A stretch of 64,000 bases of DNA from Dendrobates tinctorius (lineage: Eukaryota), in assembly GCF_039654945.1 (NCBI RefSeq), contig NW_027361924.1, positions 11,036,001 through 11,100,000 on the forward strand. Direction: 5' to 3'. Shown piece by piece: positions 11,701-22,744 of this stretch. Within the stretch, counting starts at the first letter, position 1; every line of letters starts with the position of its first letter. A model generated the notes under the pieces. The model made no database searches. It was not told the origin of the DNA and saw only the letters and a program-made list of their open reading frames with translations. The translations under genes and the position numbers were made by a program.

Positions 11701-14700
11701 AAAATGGAGAAAAAGAAGATGAGAAATAAAAACGAAAAAATGTCAGGAAGGAAAAGAGAAGAAAAAGAGGAAGATGGAAAATAAAAAAAGGAAAATATGA
11801 AGAAGGATAAAAAGGAGAATAACAAATAGGAAAATCAAAAAGGAAAATACAAAAAGAAAACGAAGAGAAAAAAAGAAGAAAATATATAAAGATGGAAAAA
11901 AGGGAAAGAAATAAGTCTGGAAATAAAAAAGGAGAAAACAAAGAAGGAAAAATGGGAGAAAAACAAGATGAGAAAAAAAGGAAAATGCAAAGAAAAGAAG
12001 AAATAAAATAAAAAAAAAAAACATGAAATATATAGAAGGAAAAAAGGGAGAAGAGAACGAGGGGGGATTGGGAGCAGATGTGGGGTCTCCCAGCTTGTGG
12101 CGGTACCTGTCTGGGGGCTGATGGAGTCTGTGTAGAGGTTCCTGGCGGTGGAGCTTATCTTAAAGAAACTGATGAGGAGAGAACGTTACTATCTGGGTGA
12201 TAGACAAACCCGCTGACATCACAGAGAGAGGACGTGTTCCATAGGTGGCGCCGTACCAGGGGCACAATTCGTTGCCCCCTCCTCTGTGTCCGGTGCACCT
12301 CACAGTGGCCGTCCTGCCCCCACACAGTAATAGAAGCTCAAGATTTTTATTACAGGGGAAAGGAAATAAAGAGAGATCTGGAGATGGTGGACGCAGCGGC
12401 ACAGCTGATGGCTGCGGGGTCTGGTACGTGGCAGGGGCACAGCTGATGGCTGCGGGGTCTCGACCATGGCAGGGGCACAGCTGATGACTGCAGGGTCTCG
12501 TACATGGCAGGGGCACAGCTGATGGCTGCGGGGTCTCGTACGTGGCAGGGGTACAGTTGATTGCTGCAGGGTCTCGTACGTGGAGCGGCACAGCTGATGG
12601 CTGCGGGGTCTCGTATGTGGCAGGGGCACAGCTGATGGCTGCGGGGTCTCGTACGTGGCAGGGGCACAGCTGATGGCTGCGAGGTCTCGTACGTGGCAGG
12701 GGCACAACTGATGGTTGCGGGGTCTTGTACGTGGCAGGGGCACAGCTGATGGCTGCGGGGTCTCGTACGTGGCAGCGGCACAGCTGATGGCTGCGGGGTC
12801 TCGTACGTGGCAGGGGCACAGCTGATGGCTGTGGGTCTCGTACGTGGCAGCGGCACAGCTGATGGCTGCGGGGTCTTGTACGTGGCAGGGGCACAGCTGA
12901 TGGCTGCGGGTCTCGTACGTGGCAGGGGCACAGCTGATGGCTGCGGGGTCTTGTACGTGGCAGGGGCACAGCTGATGGCTGCGGGTCTTGTACGTGGCAG
13001 GGGCACAGCTGATGGCTGCGGGGTCTTGTATGTGGCAGGGGCACAGCTGATGGCTGCGGGGTCTCGTACATGGCAGGGGCACAACTGATGGTTGTGGGGT
13101 CTCGTATGTGGCAGGGGCACAGCTGATGGCTGCGGGTCTCGTACGTGGCAGGGGCACAGCTGATGGCTGCGGGTCTCGTACGTGGCAGGGGCACAGCTGA
13201 TGGCTGCGGGTCTCGTATGTGGCAGGGGCACAGCTGATGGTTCCAGGGTCTCGTACATGGCAGGGGCACAGCTGATGGCTGCGGGGTCTCGTACATGGCA
13301 GCGGCACAGCTGATGGCTGCGGGGTCTTGTACGTGGCAGGGGCACAGCTGATGGCTGCGGGGTCTTGTATGTGGCAGCGGCACAGCTGATGGCTGCGGGT
13401 CTCGTACGTGGCAGGGGCACAGCTGATGGCTGCGGGTCTCGTACGTGGCAGGGGCACAACTGATAGCTGTGGGTCTCGTACGTGGCAGGGGCACAGCTGA
13501 TGGCTGCGGGGTCTCGTACATGGCAGGGGCACAGCTGATGGCTGCGGGTCTTGTACGTGGCAGGGGCACAGCTGATGGCTGCGGGGTCTCGTACGTGGCA
13601 GGGGCACAGCTGATGGCTGCGGGGTCTTGTATGTGGCAGGGGCACAGCTGATGGATGCGGGGTCTTGCATGTGGCAGCGGCACAGCTGATGGCTGCGGGG
13701 TCTTGTATGTGGCAGGGGCACAGCTGATGGATGCGGGGTCTTGTATGTGGCAGGGGCACTAACCTGCTCTTGGTGCGTCTCCTCACTCTCCTTCCTGTAA
13801 TTAGACATGGAGTATAATGGTCACTCGGATTTCCTTGGGTTCTTAGCGGTAAATCTGACTCTTTGTGAATCGCCACCATTACTAAGCACATTTGTCATGT
13901 CGGAGCCCAGGAGAGCTGAGTGACAACTTTTCTGGGTAATTTGGCAGCCATATTGGTTGTCACAAAAGCAAATCATTCATAATTCTGAACAGCATTTCTT
14001 AGGCGATGTTCACACTGAGGTTTTTTTAGCGGTTTTGTTTTTAAGCAAATTGTCGTCAAAAGAAACTCTTGGAAAACGCTTCTTATTCATTTCTATGGGA
14101 ATCCTCTTCTCTGTTCAGATGAGAAGGTTTTGAGTTGTTTTTTTTTACCTGAAGGGATGTTAAAAAAATAAAAGTTCAGGTCACTTCTGGGAAGTGGGAT
14201 CTGATGGAATCCGCTCCAAAATGGGCGCTGTCCAATCAGAAGGCTGCAGAAAAAAATAACAAAACAAAACTTTTCTGGAAATGAAAAATTCTTCCAAAAA
14301 TTCCATAAAAAAAAAAAGCGCTTAAAAAACGTGTCATTTTTAAGCGCCTCGAAAAACCTCCGTGTGAACATGGCCTTAGAATACGCGACAACACTGATCA
14401 CATTCATCTGACGCAGACTTGTTACAAGACAACGCTCCGACACACTGCAACGAACCCTGCACTTTTGCAAGCAAGGCACGATGGAGATCGGTTTTGAAGC
14501 CCGCGAGCGCAGACATTGTGACAACCTGCAGAGACTTGGAAAATGGGGAAGAATTGAAGCACAAACTCTACAAGAAAGTGACAGAACGTTTGTGGGTAAT
14601 GTGACACGCACTGCGTCTTATGCTTACGAAGCCGCCCGCGAGCAGCAGGCAGAGCAGCGCAGAGGACGACGCCACCGCCACGATCATCCAGTATCGCTCC

Positions 14701-17700
14701 TTCAGGAACAGCTGCCATCCTGCCAGGAGGAAACAAGGCACAAGTCAGCGAGCTGCTGGAGTCTCTACCGTTGTATCCCATATATATGGTTTATGGGAGT
14801 CACCAAATCAGGCCTCCCTCACGGTGCTCCGGTCAGACCCCCACAGCCATCCCCTGATCTCACCTGTCGCGTTGCCGTGCGGAGGCGATCCCCGGCATGT
14901 AGCGTTTAACACCTTTACCATACTGCTATTATGGCAGCAGTCACCCCCAGAATCCTGGTCAATAGTGGAGGTGATGACGATCGATGGCCCTTTCCTGATC
15001 ACCTCGACGTTCATCTGAGGCCCCGCTCTGTGCACCATCGCCATCACCTCGTCACCTTTGGACCACTGCACCCTGGTCCAGGTCCTCGGGGCGCTGCAGG
15101 CGATCCGCTGCTCCACCACATCATCCAGCTCGTTATCTGTGGGGAAGAAGGAAGAGTCGTGGTGAGGAGAAAGTGCCGGGGCCAGGAGTCCGGGACATCA
15201 ACAATGGAAGCGACGGCATTACCGAAGAGGCTGTCATCACCAGGCAACTGGGCCAAAGACCCCCACATCTTATGGACCACAGCCCCCCACTAGGCCCACC
15301 ATCACTGCCCTGACAACTTTATTTACCATAATAAGAACAATAAGAAGCTCCAATATCATCAAATAAATCTAATTTCAGGCTCCACACACTGAGGGACCAC
15401 CAAGCACAGAGATATCGGCAGGAGCATCCCACCAGATGCAGTGTATGGGGGCCTCCGAAACTCCCCCGACAGGCGGTGTCAGGGGCAAGAAGGACGAATA
15501 GCTCAACATCCGATCATTCTGTTGTCATGGAGGGTCCCCCCCCTTCCCCCGTTAGAGAAGTCTCCAGAGGATAAAGGAATCTGGAGGAGGACAGAGGAAT
15601 CTGGAGGAGGACAGAGGGGTCTGGAGGAGGACAGAGGGGTCTGGAGGAGGACAGAGGGGTCTGGAGGGGACAGGGGAGTCTGGAGGAGGACAGAGGGGTC
15701 TGGAGGAGGACAGAGGGTTCTGGAGGGGACAGAGGGATCTGCAGAGGACAGAGGGGTCTGGAGGGGACAGAGGAGTCTGGAGGACAGAGGGGTCTGGAGG
15801 AGGACAGAGGGGTCTACAGAGGGGTCTGGAGGAGGACAGAGGAGTCTGGAGGAGGACAGAGGAGTCTGGAGGAGGACAGAGGGGTCTGGAGGGGACAAGG
15901 GAGTCTGGAGGAGGACAGAGGAGTCTGGAGGAGGACAGAGGGGTCTGGAGGAGGACATAGGGGTCTGGAGGGGACAGGGGAGTCTGGAGGAGGACAGGAG
16001 TCTAGAGGAGGACAGAGGTGTCTGGAGGGAACAGAGGAGTCTGGAGGAGGACAGAGGAGTCTAGCAGAGGATAGAGGGGTCTGGAGGGGGACAGGGGAGT
16101 CTGGAGGAGGACAGAGGAATCTGGAGGAGGACAGAGGGGTCTGGAGGGGACAGGGGAGTCTGGAGAAGGACAGAGGAGTCTGGAGGAGGACAGAGGGGTC
16201 TGGAGGGGAAGGGGAGTCTGGAGGAGGACAGAGGAATCTGGAGGAGGACAGAGGGGTCTGGAGGGGACAGGGGAGTCTGGAGGAGGACAGAGGGCTCTGG
16301 AGGGGACAGAGGGCTCTGGAGGAGGGCAGAGGGGTCTGGAGGAGGACAGAGGGGTCTGGAGGGGACAGAGGGATCTGCAGAGGACAGAGGAGTCTGGAGG
16401 GGACAGAGAAGTCTGGAGGACAGAGGGGTCTGGAGGAGGACAGAGGGGTCTGGAGGGGACAGAGGGATCTGCAGAGGACAGAGGGGTCTGGAGGAGGACT
16501 GAGGAGTCTGGAGGAGGACAGCGGAATCTGGAGGAGGACAGAGGGGTCTGGAGGGGATGGAGGGATCTTGAGAGGACAGAGGGGTCTGGAGGGGACAGAG
16601 GAGTCTGGAGGGGACAGAGGAGTCTGGAGGGGACAGAGGAGTCTGGAGGGGACAGAGGGGTCTGGAGGAGGACAGAGGAATCTGGAGGAGGACAGAGGGG
16701 ACTGGTGGGGACAGAGAGGTCTGGAGGGTACAGAGGGATCTGGAGGAAGACAAAGGAGTCTGGAGGAGACAGAGGGCTCTGGAGGGGACTGAGGAGTCTG
16801 GAGGGGACAGAGGGGTCTGGAGGGGGACAGCGGGGTCTGGAGGGGACAGAGGGGTCTGGAGAGGACAGAGGGGTCTGGAGGAAGACAAAGGAGTCTGGAG
16901 GGGACAGAGGGGTCTGGAGGAAGACAAATGAGTCTGGAGGGGACAGAGGGGTCTGGAGGGGAAATGTTGCCGAATTTTAAATATCTATTCTATTATTTGT
17001 AAACACTATTTTTCAGTGATTACTCCGTTCATACTACACCCACACACACAAATTATACACCATTTGAAAGGTAAACTTGCCCCCTTCAGCAAGAAAATAG
17101 CCAAACAAACCACACATCCACGATTTGATCACAAAATACAGTTTAAACATTAATTTTCATAAACCTGCAGTAAGGAAAAATGACCTGCAGGTGGCACCAA
17201 ACTACCCCAAAGCACACTACCACAAAGCTTCTTACAGACATCACAAACAAATCCAAACATTTGCTCTGGGAGCTTTCCAGCTTGCCGACCTGCTTGCCCT
17301 GCCTATTTTAGCCTAATTGGAGGATTGCACACTTCACTGCAGGTGAATCACATATGCAAACACATTTGTAAACATGCACTGCTTTTTCGCTGATTACTTC
17401 ACCCCACCACACACATGATACACCATTTGAAAGGTAAACTTCTTCCCTTCAGCAAGAAAAGAGCCAAACAAACCACACATCCACTATTTTATCACTAAAT
17501 ACAATTTAAACATTAATTTTCATAAACCTGCAGAAAGACACAATGACCTGCAGGTGGCACCTCAACCGAAAGACATTTTTTGGGCCTCTACTTATCAAAC
17601 CAATTTATTGTATTACCAATCTACATATATAAATACCTGTCTGTGTTCATCAGCTCATGAAATACATTTACATTTGACCAACTTGCTTTTTCTGAAATTG

Positions 17701-18425
17701 CCTGCGCCCCTAACGACCAACGTGCAAAAATTTCACACGGGCCAAGCTAGTATATATATAACACGAGAACCTGATTTAATCACTTGGTCACCTTCTGAAG
17801 ACGCTCTCCTTGAATTCTCCTAGCCCTTTATTGCTGCTTATGTTGAGTAGTTGGACAGATCTGCTTATGATTTTATGGTGGTTGTCCATTCACGATACTG
17901 GGGCAGAGCTGCAATACCAGACACAGCCTGAGGGCAGTGGTGGTGCTGTTTAAGAGGTGGTAGTTGTGCCGAGGTCGCTTCCCATGGCGGTCAGGGGAAT
18001 TATTACCGCCTGGAGTCCTACCTGACAGGTGAGCATCGCGGGGAGCATCGTCCACGTTGCAGGAGTAATTGCTGGACGTGTTGTCAGAAGCGAGCCGTAC
18101 AGTCAGGACGTTGGTATCTACCATCAGGATGATGGGAGTCATCCCCAGCACCAGCCACGAGTCGTTGCTGCGCTCCTCCATCTGCAGCTTCAGCACCAGC
18201 GGGACGGGAGCGAAGGAGTAAAGTCCGCAGGGCAGAAAGGTGGAACCTGAAAGAGACGGGAACAGATCGACAAGAGGCTTCGAGTATTGGGCTTTTCTGT
18301 AGGGATCATCACTGGTAGATTTGGACACATTTCTTACCTTCTGCAGGAACCGTGATAATCCCACTGTAATCTGGATTGTCGGCTGAGCAGGTGATCCCCA
18401 GGTAGAGGACGAGGAGAAGCAGCAT
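2712..18425 (-). CDS. CD19: B-lymphocyte antigen CD19 orthologue, 12 coding exons, 445 aa
   Basis: join(18425-18338,18246-18022,15136-14864,14719-14612,13794-13764,12168-12107,11364-11254,9139-9086,4680-4630,4535-4446,4177-4010,2788-2712)=1338 nt, all GT-AG and in phase; signal peptide, Ig-like exons, TM, tail with GSQSYEDM and DADSYENM; head-to-head with RABEP2 as in mammals. Confidence 0.85.
3090..3975. repeat. ~51-bp minisatellite
   Basis: Unit gcagtgagcagtgtatggcggtattattcgggtagacatgggcttgggtgg; inverted partial copies at ~2905-2990. Confidence 0.9.
4010..4177 (-). CDS. CD19: CD19 cytoplasmic exon (DADSYENM)
   Basis: tagcag|, DADSYENMETPLYSR..., YxxM motif. Confidence 0.85.
4446..4535 (-). 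CDS. CD19: CD19 cytoplasmic exon (GSQSYEDM)
   Basis: GSQSYEDMKGSICVRTKAEGPADEGTTPDE, AG/GT flanked. Confidence 0.9.
4630..4680 (-). CDS. CD19: CD19 cytoplasmic exon (DGDCYENTNEE)
   Basis: 51-bp phase 1-1 exon with YEN motif. Confidence 0.8.
5309..5699. mobile_element. PIF/Harbinger-type MITE
   Basis: TIR ggccgggttcacatt / aatgtgaacctagcc; TTA TSD on both sides. Confidence 0.8.
5763..7937 (-). mobile_element. Decayed Tc1/mariner transposon
   Basis: Frameshifted transposase pieces (FQQDNDPK, SPDLNPMENLW) at ~5967-6890; TA-flanked left terminus; right end approximate. Confidence 0.85.
6955..7590. repeat. 31-bp minisatellite inside Tc1
   Basis: tttggagatctccttggtcttcatggtgttg x ~20. Confidence 0.9.
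9086..9139 (-). CDS. CD19: CD19 cytoplasmic exon (GGDSYLEPM)
   Basis: ttccag|...|gtgaga, 54 bp, phase 1-1. Confidence 0.75.
9890..10135. repeat. 39-bp minisatellite (~6 copies)
   Basis: ccctggacccccngcgactttaccattaccaaatcactg. Confidence 0.85.
10470..11158. repeat. 36-bp minisatellite (~19 copies)
   Basis: gaggcctgaagaactgaacaggaggagaccagaggt. Confidence 0.95.
11254..11364 (-). CDS. CD19: CD19 cytoplasmic exon (FTYQNV)
   Basis: ARSDVAHKDQDFTYQNVSPSKVVGDDCYSDKSSFLSL, strong acceptor, gtgagt donor. Confidence 0.8.
11430..12060. repeat. A/G-rich low-complexity tract
   Basis: Nearly pure purine on the + strand. Confidence 0.85.
12107..12168 (-). CDS. CD19: CD19 juxtamembrane exon (FFKISS...NLYTD)
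   Basis: Phase 2-1 exon resembling mammalian RFFKVT...NQYGN. Confidence 0.8.
12390..13760. repeat. 37-38-bp minisatellite (~36 copies)
   Basis: gcaggggcacagctgatggctgcggggtctcgtacgtg. Confidence 0.95.
13764..13794 (-). CDS. CD19: CD19 polybasic stop-transfer exon
   Basis: RRRVRRRTKS, 31 bp, phase 1-2. Confidence 0.75.
14002..14375. mobile_element. PIF/Harbinger-type MITE
   Basis: TIR ggcgatgttcacac / gtgtgaacatggcc; TTA TSD. Confidence 0.8.
14612..14719 (-). CDS. CD19: CD19 transmembrane exon
   Basis: GWQLFLKERYWMIVAVASSSALLCLLLAGGFVSIRR, 108 bp. Confidence 0.85.
14864..15136 (-). CDS. CD19: CD19 membrane-proximal Ig-like exon
   Basis: 273 bp, phase 1-1; IAC...VQW...DSGGDCC pattern, N-glycosylation sequons. 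Confidence 0.8.
15560..16962. repeat. 18-21-bp GA-rich minisatellite
   Basis: ctggaggaggacagagggt variants. Confidence 0.95.
18022..18246 (-). CDS. CD19: CD19 N-terminal Ig-like exon
   Basis: 225 bp, phase 1-1; GSTFLPC...W...NYSC. Confidence 0.8.
18338..18425 (-). CDS. CD19: CD19 exon 1 (signal peptide)
   Basis: gccaccATG Kozak, MLLLLVLYLGITCSA..., 88 nt, gtaag donor. Confidence 0.85.
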
Positions 18426-18518
18426 GGTGGCCCCAGAACTGACAGTGAGTAACTGATGGCACCGCTCAGCGAGCCAGAAACACAGAGTCACAGGAGCAGA
18501 AAATTCTCAACCACTGGG

Positions 18519-18528
18519 TCCCCTGGGA
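18519..18528. promoter_or_regulatory. EBF1 site in CD19 promoter
   Basis: TCCCCTGGGA matches TCCCNNGGGA, ~95 bp upstream of the ATG. Confidence 0.65.
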
Positions 18529-18869
18529 GGAGCGGCTGCACCTGCAGGGTCGGCATACGGGGGCGCATGTGGCTGCAGCAAGAACTAAGGGCGTCCGTAA
18601 AAGTGTGAAGATCTCTCATGTGTCAGATTCTCAGCAAAAAACGAAACGAGAACTTCTGGGAAGTTTATTCAAATCTAAAGAACAAGGCGCATAACAGGAA
18701 CAAGACATGATAATAATAATCCTGAGCTGCAGATCTCACCCCGGTCACCGAGTGCTAAAGTGTCAGCGTATAGGGTAGTTATCAATGCTGAGGTCACAAT
18801 AAAATATAACATATATAGATAGCACAGGATCCAGCAATCACAACAGGCAATGTCCCAGCTACGTACTCC

Positions 18870-19310
18870 CACTCTGCACAGCTCACCTCCTCCCACTCTC
18901 TGCACAATGATCTCTGCACAGCTCACCTCCTCCCACTCTGCACAGCTCACCTCCTTCCCCTCTCTGCACAATGATCTCTGCACAGCTCGCCTCTTTCCCC
19001 TCTCTGTATAATAATCTCTGCACAGCTCACCTCCTCCCACTCTCTGCACAGCTCGCCTCCTTCCCCTCTCTGTATAATAATCCCTGCACAGCTCACCTCC
19101 TTCCCCTCTCTGCACAATCATCTCTGTGATCTCTGCACAGTTCACCTCCCCTCCCTGCACAGCTCATCTCCTTCCCCCTCTCTGCACAATGATCTCTGCA
19201 CAGCTCACCTCCTTCCCCTCTATGTATAATGATCTCTGCACAGCTCACCTCCTTCCCCTCTCTGCACAGCTCACCTCCTCCCCGCTCAGCACATTGATCT
19301 TTGCACAATT
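18870..19310. repeat. Irregular minisatellite
   Basis: ctctgcacagctcacctcc units. Confidence 0.85.
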
Positions 19311-19703
19311 CACAGAGATCTTGCTCCAACGTTATCCAACTGAAGTCCATGAACATTTCCAGACTATTGATTCCACCTGCACCGTTCCACGGCGTCCTGT
19401 AATACTAGAACTTGACGGTGTGTAAAACCACTAACAATAAAGCAGAAGGAAGAAGAGGCCGCGACAGATGAACAGTAAGGAGATGCTGTTCTCTTCAATG
19501 AACTAAACCTCCTCAGATGATCCCGGATCATTCTTCTTTTTACCACCGCAGAGGAATCTGATAATGATTAATACACTTCTTATGGAGGTAATTTCATTTA
19601 GATGTGAATTTCTGGACTTTTTAAACTATTTTAATTATTAATAAAACCAAACTTCTTTACAGCAGTTAAAGCTCAAATTTTTAGAGACCTAAATCAACTA
19701 CAT

Positions 19704-21058
19704 TGTCACCACTAGGGGGGGCTCCCTATATATTGAGATACATGATGAGATCCTTCTTGTCTGCAGTCACCACTAGGGGGAGCTCCCTGTATACAGAGAT
19801 ACATGATAATATCCTGTCTGCAGCCACCACTAGAGGGAGCTCCCTGTATACAGAGATACATGATAATATCCTGTCTGCAGCCACCACTAGGAGGAGCTCC
19901 CTGTATAGAGATACATGATAAGATCCTGTCTGCAGTCACCACTAGGGGGAGCTCCCTGTATACAGAGATACATGATAAGATCCTGTCTGCAGCCACCACT
20001 AGGGGGAGCTCCCTGTATACAGAGATACATGGTAAGATCCTGTCTGCAGCCACCACTAGGGAGAGCTCCCTGTATACAAAGATACATGATAAGATCCTGT
20101 CTGCAGTGACCACTAGGGGGAGCTCCCTGTATACAGAGATACATGATAAGATCCTGTCTTCAGCCACCACTATAGGGAGCTCCCTGTATACAGAGATACA
20201 TGATATGATTCTGTCTGCAGTCACCACTAGGGGGAGCTCCCTGTATACAGAGATACATGATAAGATCCTGTCTGCAGTCACCACTAGGGGGAACTCCCTA
20301 TATACAGAGATACATGATAAGATCCTGTCTGCACTCACCACTAGGGGGAGCTCCCTGTATACAGAGATACATGATAAGATCCTGTCTACAGCCACCACTA
20401 GGGGGAGCTCCCTGTATACAGAGATACATGATAAGATCCTGTCTACAGCCACCACTAGGGGGAGCTCCCTGTATACAGAGATGCATGATAAGATCCTGTC
20501 TGCAGTCACCACTAGAGGGAGCTCCCGGTATACAGAGATACAGGATAAGATCCTGTCTGCAGCCACCACTAGGGGGAGCTCCCTGTATACAGAGATACAG
20601 GATAAGATCCTGTCTGCAGCCACCACTAGGGGGAACTCCATGTATACAGAGATACATGATACGATCCTGTCTGCAGCCACCACTAGGGGGAGCTCCCTGT
20701 ATACAGAGATACATGATAAGATCCTGTCTGCAGCCACCACTAGGGGGAGCTCCCTGTATACAGAGATACATGATAAAATCCTGTCTGCAGTCACCACTAG
20801 GGGGAGCTCCCTGTATACAGAGATACAGGATAAGATCCTGTCTGCAGCCACCACTAGGGGGAGCTCCCTGTATACAGAGATACATGATAAGATTCTGTCT
20901 GCAGCCACCACTAGGGGGAGCTCCCTGTATACAGAGATACACGATAAGATCCTGTCACCAGCCACCACTAGGGGGAGCTCCCTGTATACAGAGATACACG
21001 ATAAGATCCTGTCACCAGCCACCACTAGGGGGAGCTCCCTGTATACAGAGATACATAA
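19704..21058 (+). repeat. 57-bp minisatellite (~24 copies), each with a CTCF motif
   Basis: ctgcagccaCCACTAGGGGGAGCtccctgtatacagagatacatgataagatcctgt. Confidence 0.95.
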
Positions 21059-21944
21059 GATTTAGCATTAACCCTGTGTGTGCCAGTATGGAGCTGGTTG
21101 CTGTAGACTGTGAGTGCTGGGCTGAGAGCAGTGGGGCGTGGAGGGTGTTTCTCTCGCCTGCTGGTCGCACACGGCTGCATCCTGTTTGTCGGTCTCACAT
21201 AGGGAGGATATGTAGTTTTTTGCCTTCTTGCTGCGGGTCTCAGTTATTGTAGGAAATGCCATAAAACCCGACTGGACCGCACATGAAGCCAGAGCACAAC
21301 ATACAGCTCTGGCAAAAATGAAGAGCCCCCTGCACAGTTGTATAAAATCCGCTTCTCTCCATGTCTGACAGCCTTTTCATTCCAGTGTCAGTTGAATTCC
21401 AACCAGAGTACACTTCATTCTACTTAATGTGCTTCTGATTAGGTGATCACCTGAACCAAATCTTATTTAACGAAGGAAAGTATAAAAAACCTGCTGTGGT
21501 GTTCACAATCCTCCTGCAATAGGCCAAGCTGGATGGCAAAACAAGTGCTAGTAATATCCCAAAAGTGATAGGAATGAAAAAATAAATCTTAACCATGCCA
21601 AAGGAGCTGAAAAGAAAAGTCTTGAGTGAGGAAAAGAAGGGCTCAGTTCTGGCTTTACTAGCAGAGGGATACAGTGAGCGTCATGTTGCCTACATCCTTA
21701 AACTTTCTGAGACTGCAATCCATTACAACAAGGTCAAACAGCAGATATTGGGGACAACAAAGCTACAGACCGGCAGAGGGTGAAAACGACTCTCCACTGA
21801 CCGGGATGACCATCAAATGTCACTCAGCAACCGCAGGATGACATCAAGTGACCTACAAAAGGAATGGCAAATTGCAGCTGGGGTGAAGTGCACGGCAAGA
21901 ACAGTTCATAACAGGCTCCTAGAGGCAGGGCTCAAGTCATGTAA

Positions 21945-22280
21945 GGATATGTGCCCACGTAGCGTTTTTCAAGCGTTTTTTTTCTGAGCAGAAATGCATG
22001 CCCTTGTCAGGGAAAACGCATGCGCTTTTTGACACGCATTTTTTATGCGATTGTCAAGCGTTTTGACATGCATTTTGCGTTTTCCTATGAGTTTTTGCGA
22101 TTCCGCACAATGAATGAACATGCTGCGTTTTTTTCCGCTATGCATTTCCGCACCATTAGCACAACATGTGCGTTTTCCATTCTGTTACATTAGATGCTTT
22201 TCTTAAGCGTTTCTGCAGCAGAAAACCTTGTCTAAAAGCGCTGCAGAAACATTTAAAAAGTGCAAAGTGGGCACACAGCC
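21945..22280. mobile_element. Harbinger-type MITE in Tc1 transposase
   Basis: TIR ggatatgtgcccac / gtgggcacacagcc; TAA TSD. Confidence 0.75.
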
Positions 22281-22744
22281 TAAAGCTAGAAAAAAGCCTT
22301 TCATCAATGAGAAGCAAAGGAGAGCCAGGCTGAAGTTTGTCTAAGACCATAAGGATTGGACCGTAGAGGACTGGAGTAAGGTGATCTTCTCTGATGAGTC
22401 TAATTTTCAGCTTTGGCCCACACCTGGTCATCTAATGGTTAGACGGAGACCTGGAGAGGCGTACAAGCCACAGTGTGTTGCACCCACTGTGACATTTGGT
22501 GGAGGATCGGTGATGATCTGGGGATGCTTCAGCAAGGCTGGAATTGGGCAGGTTAATCTTTGCGAAGGACGTAAGAAAAAAGCCGCATACAAGGTTATCC
22601 TGGAAAAACAGCTGATTCCTTCTGCTCAGGCAATGTTCCCCAACTCTGAGGACTGGTTTTTCCAGCAGGACAATGCGCCATGCCACATGGCTAGGTCAAT
22701 CAATGTGTGGATGAAGGACCACCACATCAAATCCCTGTCATGGC

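Noticed and set aside
11343-12024. Phe-rich pseudo-membrane ORFs
   Set aside because: Low-complexity A/G tract
10426-13891. Long ORFs (235-513 aa) with periodic sequence
   Set aside because: Translations of minisatellites within CD19 introns; no splice or homology support
15137-15309. Possible extra CD19 exon starting at acceptor 15309
   Set aside because: In-frame TGA immediately in the required phase; the acceptor at 15136 is much better
16985-17560. ~190-bp local direct duplication
   Set aside because: No termini, TSD or ORF; probably a fragment of an interspersed repeat
18455-18480. Possible PAX5 site in CD19 leader
   Set aside because: Only a partial match to a degenerate consensus; needs a PWM scan
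19712-21252. 420-437-aa ORFs on both strands
   Set aside because: By-product of a stop-free 57-bp repeat unit
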